From Polyangiaceae bacterium (GTDB lineage: Bacteria > Myxococcota_A > Polyangia > Polyangiales > Polyangiaceae), in NCBI GenBank assembly GCA_044376115.1, contig JBILLK010000020.1:64001-128000 (forward strand): a stretch of DNA of 64,000 nt. The letters run 5' to 3'. Below the pieces are notes generated by a model. It was not told the DNA's origin. It did not search any database and saw only the letters and a program-made list of their open reading frames with translations. Shown piece after piece: positions 56,372-64,000 of this stretch (the first letter of the stretch is position 1; each line of letters opens with the position of its first letter). The position numbers were made by a program, and so were the translations under genes.

Positions 56372-56920
56372 CTAGCCTCGCAACACGCGCACGAAAAACG
56401 GCGCGCAGACGGCCATGTTGAAATGCGCGCTGACCTCGAGAGCCTTGCGAACCCGCTGCGCAGGAGCTGTTCCACGCAGGGCGCGGAGAGCCCCGAGGGC
56501 GTACTCTGCTCCAGCCCCCACGGAGTCATACCCGTCTGCCATTTCGTTCACTTGGAAGTCCGACATCACGCTGTAAAGCCGCGACTTATAGCCGACCAAG
56601 AACTGGCCCCCCGACTCGGAGTTGGACTCAATCTTCGCCACGCCTCGCTCTTTCAACAACGTTCGCACGCTCTCGGCGAACACCGTGACCATGAAACGCA
56701 TGTCGTCACGCTCGAGCCGCGAGCTGCCTTGCACCGGCACGGTGAGCGAGTGCTGCAACACCTGGCCCATGCGAAAGCTGGAGGTGTACCCGATAAGGAA
56801 CGGGCCTTTTTGAAACACCTTCGGAAGGCGGGTTACCCGAGACGTCCAACCGAGGACCGACGCTGAGTCGGCCCCGATGTAGACATTACCCTTCTCAACA
56901 AGTCCGACGATACAGGTCAT
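56372..56920 (-). CDS. Proteasome beta-subunit/HslV-like Ntn-hydrolase, stand-alone
   Basis: ATG at 56920 overlaps the upstream stop (TGATG). M-TCIVG...YIGADS (D17)...PK (K33); SVGAGAEYALGAL. Confidence 0.82.
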   Translation of the reverse strand: MTCIVGLVEKGNVYIGADSASVLGWTSRVTRLPKVFQKGPFLIGYTSSFRMGQVLQHSLTVPVQGSSRLERDDMRFMVTVFAESVRTLLKERGVAKIESNSESGGQFLVGYKSRLYSVMSDFQVNEMADGYDSVGAGAEYALGALRALRGTAPAQRVRKALEVSAHFNMAVCAPFFVRVLRG

Positions 56921-59889
56921 CAGCAATCGTTGGGGCAAGTGAAGGCGTTCTCTCCACAGAACGGTTCACAGAAGAAGTTTCCGCAGGCGCAGATCGCCAA
57001 GCAATCCGGTTGGCAGTTGAAGACCGTCTCGCCGCAGCCCGGGTCGCAGAAGCCATCTCCGCAGGTGCAACCACCCGTGCAGTCAAACGGGCAGCTGAAC
57101 TCGTCCTCGAAGCACGAGCTCTGACAGACCCCATCTCCGCAAGCACACACACCGCAATCGGTCGGGCAAACGAACGGGTCTTCTCCGCAGAGTGCGCCTT
57201 CGCAGACGAAGTTGCCGCAGGCACAAACCTGGAGACAGTCCCCTTGGCAGTTGCCCACGTTCTCGCCGCAGTTGGGGTCGCAGAAGCCGTCCCCACACTC
57301 GCAGAAGCTTCCACAATCGGTGCTGCAGCTGAAGACGTTCTCACCACAGTTGGGGTCGCAGAAGAAGTCTCCGCAGGTGCAAGCAAACTGGCAGTCGAAG
57401 GCGCAGGTGTCGATCGTCTCGCCGCAGAACGAGTCGCAGAAGAAGTCACCGCACTGACAGAAGTTGAAGCAATCATTGGGGCAGGTCTGCGAGTCCTCGC
57501 CACAGTTCGGATCGCAGAAGAAGTCCCCACACTGGCAGCCGGTGGAACAGTCGGGAGAACAAGAGACGATGTTTTCGCCGCAGGCCGCATTGCAATTGCC
57601 GTCACCACAGACGCAACTCATGCCGCAATCGCCGGGGCACGTCGCGCTGTTCTCGCCGCACTGCGCGACGCATTGGCCGTCACCACATTGGCAAGTGACA
57701 CAATCCGAGGGACAGCTGCTGGCCGTCTCGCCACACTGAGCCTCGCAGAAGAGGTTGCCACACTGGCAGTTGATGGCGCAGTCCTGAGCACAGGTGAGGA
57801 CGTTCTCTCCGCACTCGGGCTGGCAGGCGAAGTTGCCACATTGACAGCTTGAGTCGCAATCCGCAGCGCAGGTGCTTGGAGATTCACCACATGCGGGCTG
57901 ACATTGGCCGTTGCCGCAGACGCAGTTGGAGCCGCAGTCCTGGCTACAGTTGGCCGAGCTCTCCCCGCAATCGGGCTGACAGATGCCGTTGCCACAACCG
58001 CATTGGGTGGTGCAATCCGAGGGGCAGCTGGCGTTGGTCTCGCCGCATTGAGGTTGGCAGGTCAGATTGCCGCAAATGCAGGGCTGACCGCAATCGACGG
58101 GGCAGCTCGAGCTGTTCTCACCGCACGAGGGAGCGCAGCTGCCGTCCCCACAGATACAATCCAGCTCACAATCGGAAGGACAGTTGAAGCCGTCCTCGAA
58201 ACACTGGGGCTGACACTGACCGTTACCGCACACGCAGGTGGAGCCACAATCCGTCGCGCAGTTACCTTGCGTTTCACCGCAAGCAGCCTGGCATTGACCG
58301 TTGCCGCAAACGCACGGTTGACCACAGTCAATCGAGCAAGTGGAGCTGTTCTCGCCGCAGGCCGCGTTGCAGGTACCGTCCCCACAGAAGCAATTGGGAC
58401 CACAGTCCAAGGAGCACGAAGCGGAGCTCTCACCGCAGGCGGGCTGACACTGGCCGTTGCCGCAAACACAGGGAGCACCGCAATCGCTCGAGCAGGTCGC
58501 CTGGCTCTCTCCACACTGCGGCTGACAAAGCCCGTTGCCGCAAACGCAGGGAGTTTGGCAATCGATGCCACAGGTTGCTTCATTCTCTCCACATTGCGGC
58601 TGGCACGTTCCATTGCCGCAGACGCATTGCACCGGGCAGTCAAAGCCGCAGGAGAAGGAGTCCTCCCCACACTGAGGCTGACATACGCCGTTGCCGCAAA
58701 CGCAAACCTGCGCACAGTCGAAACAGTTACCGGCCGTCTCGCCACACTGCGGCTGACAGACCCCGTTGCCGCAAATGCAGGGGTTGCAGTCTTGGCAGTT
58801 GAAGGAATTCTCGCCGCACTGCGGTTCACAAACACCGTCGCCGCAGATGCAGGCGTTGCCGCAATCGAAGGAGCAGGAGAACGGGTCCTCAAAGCATTGC
58901 GGCTGACAGAGGCCGTCACCGCAGAACGAGTTGAAGCAGTTCGAGCAATCATCACCACAGCTGAACTCGTTCTCACCACAGAACGGGTCGCAAATACCGT
59001 CCCCACAGAAGGAGAAGTCGCAGAACTGGCAGTCGATATTGCAACTGCCGCTGTTCTCACCACACAGCTGCTGGCACACACCATCGCCGCAGAAGCCGCA
59101 GATCCCGCAGTCGAGCCCGCAGTTGAATTCGCTCTCGCCGCACTCTTCTTGGCACTGGCCGTTGCCACAGATGCACTGAACGCCGCAATCTACGTTGCAG
59201 AAATTCTGCTCACCGCAGTTGAAGTCGCAGAAGCCGTCGCCGCAGATGCATTGCCCGCCGCAGTCAATGCTGCAGAAATCGGGCTCGCCGCAGCCGAAGT
59301 CGCAAAAGCCATCGCCACACACGCAGGTTCCGCAGTCTTCCCCGCAGAACTTGGGCTCACCACACGCCGGGTCGCAGAAACCGTCGCCGCAGAAGCACTC
59401 CCCGCCGCAGTCAAAGCTGCAGAAGTCCGGCTCGCCGCAGAGCTCGTCACAAAAGCCATCACCGCAGACGCAGCTTCCGCAGTCGACGCCGCAGAACTCG
59501 GGCTCCCCGCAGGAGCCGTCACACACGCCGTCACCGCAGACGCACTCGATTGGGCAGTCATTGGGGCAGTTGTCACTGCCCTCGCATTCGGGCTCGCAGA
59601 CGCCGTTACCGCAGGCGCATGCGCCGGTGCATTCACGCAGCGTCGCGTCGCACACGCCGTCGAGGCACACCGCGCAATTTTCGCCGTTGTTGCCGCAAGC
59701 GTCGGTCTCCGTCCCCGGGCGACAAATGCCGTTCTCACAACATCCGGCGCAGGAAGGCCCGCACGGTTCACTGCCGCCACCGCCACTAGCACCCGTGCCA
59801 ACGACGTCCGAATCCTCGACGGCAGAACGGCCGCAGGCCCCCAACGTCAGGAGCACACAAGCGACCACCAAAAAGCGGGCCCAAAGCAT
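56920..59889 (-). CDS. Large cysteine-rich repeat lipoprotein (35 six-Cys repeats)
   Basis: LGAC lipobox, Gly linker, short Cys cap, then C-x-CG[DN]xxC-x3-CxE-x3/4-C-x1/2-DC units to the final residue. Start probably ATG 59889. Confidence 0.9.
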   Translation of the reverse strand: MLWARFLVVACVLLTLGACGRSAVEDSDVVGTGASGGGGSEPCGPSCAGCCENGICRPGTETDACGNNGENCAVCLDGVCDATLRECTGACACGNGVCEPECEGSDNCPNDCPIECVCGDGVCDGSCGEPEFCGVDCGSCVCGDGFCDELCGEPDFCSFDCGGECFCGDGFCDPACGEPKFCGEDCGTCVCGDGFCDFGCGEPDFCSIDCGGQCICGDGFCDFNCGEQNFCNVDCGVQCICGNGQCQEECGESEFNCGLDCGICGFCGDGVCQQLCGENSGSCNIDCQFCDFSFCGDGICDPFCGENEFSCGDDCSNCFNSFCGDGLCQPQCFEDPFSCSFDCGNACICGDGVCEPQCGENSFNCQDCNPCICGNGVCQPQCGETAGNCFDCAQVCVCGNGVCQPQCGEDSFSCGFDCPVQCVCGNGTCQPQCGENEATCGIDCQTPCVCGNGLCQPQCGESQATCSSDCGAPCVCGNGQCQPACGESSASCSLDCGPNCFCGDGTCNAACGENSSTCSIDCGQPCVCGNGQCQAACGETQGNCATDCGSTCVCGNGQCQPQCFEDGFNCPSDCELDCICGDGSCAPSCGENSSSCPVDCGQPCICGNLTCQPQCGETNASCPSDCTTQCGCGNGICQPDCGESSANCSQDCGSNCVCGNGQCQPACGESPSTCAADCDSSCQCGNFACQPECGENVLTCAQDCAINCQCGNLFCEAQCGETASSCPSDCVTCQCGDGQCVAQCGENSATCPGDCGMSCVCGDGNCNAACGENIVSCSPDCSTGCQCGDFFCDPNCGEDSQTCPNDCFNFCQCGDFFCDSFCGETIDTCAFDCQFACTCGDFFCDPNCGENVFSCSTDCGSFCECGDGFCDPNCGENVGNCQGDCLQVCACGNFVCEGALCGEDPFVCPTDCGVCACGDGVCQSSCFEDEFSCPFDCTGGCTCGDGFCDPGCGETVFNCQPDCLAICACGNFFCEPFCGENAFTCPNDC

Positions 59890-60079
59890 TCGGCGATAGT
59901 ATCCAAACGCCGTCTCGCGACCTAGAACATCGTCAACTTGTTCCGCACGACTGAAGCTCGGTGTGGGGCGCATGCGCTGCATGCCCGGCGCGGTCTCTTC
60001 TGATCAGGAAAAATCACTGGCGGCGCCCAAGCCCACTAGGCCTGAGCATCCGCCACCTGCTTGACCCGAATTCGGACAC

Positions 60080-61453
60080 TCAGTCGGCGACGAGCAGCAC
60101 GCGCTTCTCACACGGCTTCGCGTTCTCGTCTTGTCCCAGGCCGGCGATGGCGAGCGGGTTGGCTCGCAGCGAGGCCAGCTCGACCTTCACCTTTCGAATG
60201 ATCAGCTCATCCAGATTGCCGCTGGTGAAGTTGTCGTGTGTAGCGCCGCAGCTCGACTTTGCGTCGCCCGCGCCAACCGATTGCGGACCCGCGCCCCCGC
60301 GCAGGACGAACATGTTCGAGCCGCCGGTGAACTGCGCTACTTGCCGGAAGACCGCCTGCCCGACGTCATCCATACCGGAGGCCGAAATCGTGTGGACCTT
60401 GATCCCAGCCGCAGCCGCCTTCTTGGCGCTCGCCGAATAAGGCACGCCGTTGGGGTAATCGAGATGGGGCGGGGCGTCGGCGATGAGGAAGGCCAAGCGA
60501 GAAGCTGCGTCGGTACTCCACTTGAGCTCCGACAACGTGACCGCGAGACCGCTGTTCACGTCCTCGGGAGTGTCTCCGCCGCCAGAAGCCGAGATGCCGT
60601 CGATCTGCTTGCGGAAAGCAGCCAAATCGGTGGTGAACGGGTAGACCTTGGTGACGAACGAGTCGCCCTTGTCTTTGTACTCCACGAGCCCGACACGAAT
60701 CGTCGCCGAGTTGTCGAAACGCTTGACCACCTTGTCGAGCGTCTCCTTCACGCTCTCGATCTCTTCGGACATGCTGCCGGTCGTGTCGAGGACGAAGGCC
60801 AACTCGACGACGGGCTTCTGCGCGTCCACGCGGTTGCTCTGTAGCTTCAAGCGGGTGACGCCGTCCGGCTCGCTCGCGTCGATGGTGCCGGTGGCCGTCG
60901 AGTTGTTCGAGCCGCACTTGGCGGCCACTTTGAACGTATTGGTCGACAGGTTGTGGGCCTTCGGAAAGAGGATGGCGCGACCGCTGGCCATGGTCACGAG
61001 CGATACCGTGGTCTCCCCTTCCGTTATCTTGAGCGAGCAATTCGGTACGCCTTTTCCTTGAGCGTCCTCAACGACGACGAACTGGCGATTGGACACGTTC
61101 AGCTTCTCGATGCCGCCGGCTGAGTCGATGTAGGCCAGGAAGTCGCGGTAGTTTGCGTTGTCGTCCCATTCGCCGGCCTTAACGCCAAGCGAGCGCTGTG
61201 TGGGGGGCTTGGGAGCGGGAGTGGCCACGGCCAGGTCAGCTGGCGCGGGTGCACCCGGGGCGCTGGGAGTCACGGCCATCGGCGAGGCTTGGGTAGGCTC
61301 CGATACGGGAAATCCCGCCTGTGGGTAGCCGGCAGCAGCAGGCTCACGTTGAACTGCGGGGTAAGAAGCTTCAGCCTCGGAGGAGCGCGCGCTCGCGCCC
61401 CCGCAGCCAATCAACCAGAGCCCCGTGAGCACACAAGCAATTCGACCCTTCAT
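60080..61453 (-). CDS. von Willebrand factor A domain lipoprotein
   Basis: LIGC lipobox, KAGEWDDN, MIDAS-like DTTGSM, GGGDTPE and IADAPPH. Confidence 0.9.
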   Translation of the reverse strand: MKGRIACVLTGLWLIGCGGASARSSEAEASYPAVQREPAAAGYPQAGFPVSEPTQASPMAVTPSAPGAPAPADLAVATPAPKPPTQRSLGVKAGEWDDNANYRDFLAYIDSAGGIEKLNVSNRQFVVVEDAQGKGVPNCSLKITEGETTVSLVTMASGRAILFPKAHNLSTNTFKVAAKCGSNNSTATGTIDASEPDGVTRLKLQSNRVDAQKPVVELAFVLDTTGSMSEEIESVKETLDKVVKRFDNSATIRVGLVEYKDKGDSFVTKVYPFTTDLAAFRKQIDGISASGGGDTPEDVNSGLAVTLSELKWSTDAASRLAFLIADAPPHLDYPNGVPYSASAKKAAAAGIKVHTISASGMDDVGQAVFRQVAQFTGGSNMFVLRGGAGPQSVGAGDAKSSCGATHDNFTSGNLDELIIRKVKVELASLRANPLAIAGLGQDENAKPCEKRVLLVAD

Positions 61454-61562
61454 GCTGTGAGAACGGGGCTACGGGGCAGACCTTACAGGCCAACTCTAGT
61501 GCCAGCAGGATCCGAAGAAACTTCACGCCGGATGTACTAGCGTCCGCCGCCGGAGAAACGGC

Positions 61563-62348
61563 ATGCAGCTCTGGCTTATGGTTCCAGTCGGTCTTGTGGC
61601 GGTGATTGGCAGTGCCGTCGCCGTAGCGCTGGGCACGAGCAAGCGAACGCTGACGTTGGGCCTCGCAGCCTCCGTTTTGACGCTGATTGCAAACTCGGTG
61701 ACGGTCGTGCTCGCGATGCGGCAGCGGCTCGTCGTCGACAAGGCCGACAACGACCCTGTCTTGATCGCGCAGGCGCAGCTCGAGGCGCACAACATCTCGA
61801 AGCTGGGCCTGGTGTTTGGTGGGGTAGCACTGATCCTCGCGATCTTGGCGCTAATTCGGGGTGTCGTGTTCGAGGCCAAAGACGTCCCTCCGCTATCCAC
61901 TCGCAAGCGACTGCCGGATGAAGAACCGGATTTCGATCAAATCTCGGAATCACCGAGATCCCTTCTGGCGTTAGTGGTTGGCTCGCTCACCGTGTTCTCG
62001 CTCGCTGCGGCGGCGATGCCGTTGATTTTGCCCATGCCCAAGCCGAAGGTTGATACCAAGTTGCAGGCCGCGTTCAGCGAAGCGGAACAACTCTTTGAGG
62101 ACGGCCAATTCGATCAAGGCTGTCGCGGGCTGGAGAAGGCGTTCGCGGAGGGAGCAGACGCCAAGCGCTCCGGGCGCACGGACGGCGAGTCGTTCTTTGG
62201 CGAGTGCTTCGAGCTGTACGTAGCGCAAGCCACCAGCGCGGCCGATGAAGAAGCACGCAAAGTCGCGCTGTCCCGCCTCGACGGGACCAAACTACCGCTC
62301 ACCCCGACGCAGAGCGAGCGGCGCACCCAGATGCTGGCCAAACCATGA
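61563..62348 (+). CDS. Hypothetical membrane protein
   Basis: Four hydrophobic segments and a helical C-terminal domain; stop overlaps the next ATG. Confidence 0.7.
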   Translation: MQLWLMVPVGLVAVIGSAVAVALGTSKRTLTLGLAASVLTLIANSVTVVLAMRQRLVVDKADNDPVLIAQAQLEAHNISKLGLVFGGVALILAILALIRGVVFEAKDVPPLSTRKRLPDEEPDFDQISESPRSLLALVVGSLTVFSLAAAAMPLILPMPKPKVDTKLQAAFSEAEQLFEDGQFDQGCRGLEKAFAEGADAKRSGRTDGESFFGECFELYVAQATSAADEEARKVALSRLDGTKLPLTPTQSERRTQMLAKP

Positions 62349-64000
62349 GCCTGCACCGCACTGCGGTGGTGCTCCTCTTTGCGGCGTGCGCGCCGGCCTC
62401 GCCATCCCCCTTCGTTGCAAGCTCCGCCCCGAACGCTGCGAGCGCAACATCAAGCGAGCCGCAGCCAAGCGCGACGCCCGCTCCGTCTCCAGCCGTCGCT
62501 ACCCCTGCCGAGCCCATCGTTGATCTGACGACGCTATGGTCGTGGCAAACCGACCCAGCGCTCGCAAGCGCCGTCGTTGCAAAACGTGAAGGCAAACCAG
62601 AGCAGGCGGCCCGGCTGGTCGCAGCAGCGCGCGAAGCCTCGCAAAGCGATCAAGCTCGACTGCTCTATCGTGAAGCCCTGCTGCTCAAGGAGGCGGGAAA
62701 ACCTACGGCGGCGCTCGCTCGATTTCGCGACGCGGCCAACACCGACTCACCGCTCGCGAGCCATGCACGGCTGCGAGCGGCCGAGCTGCTCGCAGCGCTT
62801 GGGCGCGACGCCGAAGCCGTACGGCAAGTGCAAGAGATCGACCTCGCGCTGGTCGACGAAAGCAGCGTCGCCCAGGCGATCGTCCTCAGCGCCGCTCGCA
62901 CGGCGCCGCTAGCTCAAGTCGAGCGCTACTGCGACCTCGCGTTCCTCGGTCGGGAGCAACGCAAACCGGGGTGGGCGCTCGAAGGCCTGCGGGTGCTCTC
63001 CTCGCTGTCGCAACGCAAGGAAGCCGCAGCGCTCCCGCTCGCGTTGCGGCTCGCCGACACGCTGCGGTTCGAAAGCCCGCGCGGCCGCGCCGCAGACGAT
63101 GCAGAAAAGCTGCGCCAGAAGCTGCTCACGCGGATGAGTCACGCCGACCGCGCTGCACAGACCGAGCTCAGTGACGCGCAGTCGGTCGAGCGAGCGGAGC
63201 AACTGGCGCAATCTTCCCAGGAGAAGAAAGCGGTCACGCTCTTGGATCGCATGCAAAAGAAGTTCACCAAGTCGCCTCCGCAAGGCGCGCTGGCGTGCGA
63301 CTTCCAACGCGTTCGTGGCAAAGCCCTGGGCCTCGTCAAACGAAAGAGCGAGGCTTGGGAGGCTTACTCCGTCGCACTGGGCGTGTGCGACGCGAACAGT
63401 CACCCAGACCTGAAGTTCCAAGCCGGTCGAGCTGCAGCGCGAGCCGGTCTCGTGGACGAGGCGACCAAGCTCCTGAACGAATACGAGAGCGCACAACCCA
63501 AGCGGGACCTCGCCGACGACGCGCGGCTGGAGCAAGTGCGAGCCTTGCTGCAACTCGGCAGCACCGAACGCGCGCTAGCACTCGCTCGCACCACAGCAAC
63601 GCTCTATCCGCTGGGAGATCGTACGCGGGACGTGCTCTTCGAGTGGCTGCTCGTGGCGCTCGAGCGCAACGATCTCAAGGACGCCACCGCCGCCCTCGCG
63701 GCAGAGGCCGACCTGCGCAAGGTTGCCGGGTTTCGCGAGGAGCGCGGGTACGATCGAGCCGGCCGGCATCAATATTTTCGCGGCAAGGTAGCGCTTTTGA
63801 GCGGCAATCGAGCCGCAGCAGCGCAGGAGTTCGAGCGCACGATCAAGAGCTTTCCCCTCTCTTATTACGGCGCGTTGGCGACGGCCCAGCTCGAGGCGCT
63901 TGAACCTGGACGGGCGGGCGCTTCGCTCGCGACGTGGCTGGCGGTAGAGCCAGCGACCAAGGAAATAGGGATTGCCGCGTCGCGCGCAGAAGAGCCGCAG
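62345..64000 (+). CDS. TPR-rich lipoprotein, probably N-terminal part of an Slt-like lytic transglycosylase; runs off the right edge
   Basis: Not in the ORF track. MSLHRTAVVLLFAAC lipobox, helical TPR-like repeats, and in-frame FPLSYYGALA near 63850. The catalytic domain is not in the window. Confidence 0.7.
   Translation, partial: MSLHRTAVVLLFAACAPASPSPFVASSAPNAASATSSEPQPSATPAPSPAVATPAEPIVDLTTLWSWQTDPALASAVVAKREGKPEQAARLVAAAREASQSDQARLLYREALLLKEAGKPTAALARFRDAANTDSPLASHARLRAAELLAALGRDAEAVRQVQEIDLALVDESSVAQAIVLSAARTAPLAQVERYCDLAFLGREQRKPGWALEGLRVLSSLSQRKEAAALPLALRLADTLRFESPRGRAADDAEKLRQKLLTRMSHADRAAQTELSDAQSVERAEQLAQSSQEKKAVTLLDRMQKKFTKSPPQGALACDFQRVRGKALGLVKRKSEAWEAYSVALGVCDANSHPDLKFQAGRAAARAGLVDEATKLLNEYESAQPKRDLADDARLEQVRALLQLGSTERALALARTTATLYPLGDRTRDVLFEWLLVALERNDLKDATAALAAEADLRKVAGFREERGYDRAGRHQYFRGKVALLSGNRAAAAQEFERTIKSFPLSYYGALATAQLEALEPGRAGASLATWLAVEPATKEIGIAASRAEEPQ

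Noticed and set aside
56372..56920. Prophage around the phage-like Ntn gene
   Set aside because: No integrase, structural or replication genes, and the neighbours are typical myxobacterial genes.
56920..59600. Periodic DNA motifs (gttgccgca, ccgcagaa) resembling a CRISPR array
   Set aside because: The repeats are degenerate at third codon positions and in frame with a Cys-repeat protein. There are no identical repeats with unique spacers and no cas genes.
57904..59925. 673-aa plus-strand ORF
   Set aside because: Antisense shadow of the Cys-repeat gene; its Ala/Val/Thr richness follows from complementing Cys/Gly/Asp codons.
62245..63903. Short ORFs at the right edge
   Set aside because: Shadows of the long frame starting at 62345.

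Overview
GC-rich bacterial chromosomal DNA. MYXO-CTERM sorting, PEGA/TPR-kinase modules, AgmX/PglI-type tails and Gly-rich lipoprotein linkers point to Myxococcota, most likely Polyangiaceae-like (inferred from gene content). I read about 51 densely packed genes. Two run off the window edges and are missing from the ORF track: a TonB-dependent receptor (<1..1888, minus) and a TPR/Slt-like lipoprotein (62345..>64000, plus). I see no rRNA, tRNA, CRISPR array, transposase or integrase. Housekeeping genes include tmk, panC, ppk1, coaX, mtnP-apt-mtnA, a TrmH-family methylase and an Hsp20. Four loci stand out. (1) A transglutaminase-DUF2126 / circularly permuted ATP-grasp / alpha-E peptide-ligase operon has no Anbu peptidase and ends in a class II GATase-transglutaminase fusion whose GATase part lacks Cys1 (now Pro) and the oxyanion Asn (HNG->HSG). 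(2) A translationally coupled operon encodes a lipoprotein of 35 six-Cys repeats, a stand-alone proteasome-beta/HslV-like protein with an exact T1-D17-K33 triad, and a hybrid histidine kinase. (3) A Clp ATPase has a degenerate first AAA module. (4) Two tandem beta-propeller/di-heme CcP-MauG-like lipoproteins sit side by side. All calls come from reading motifs by eye; no database searches were run.
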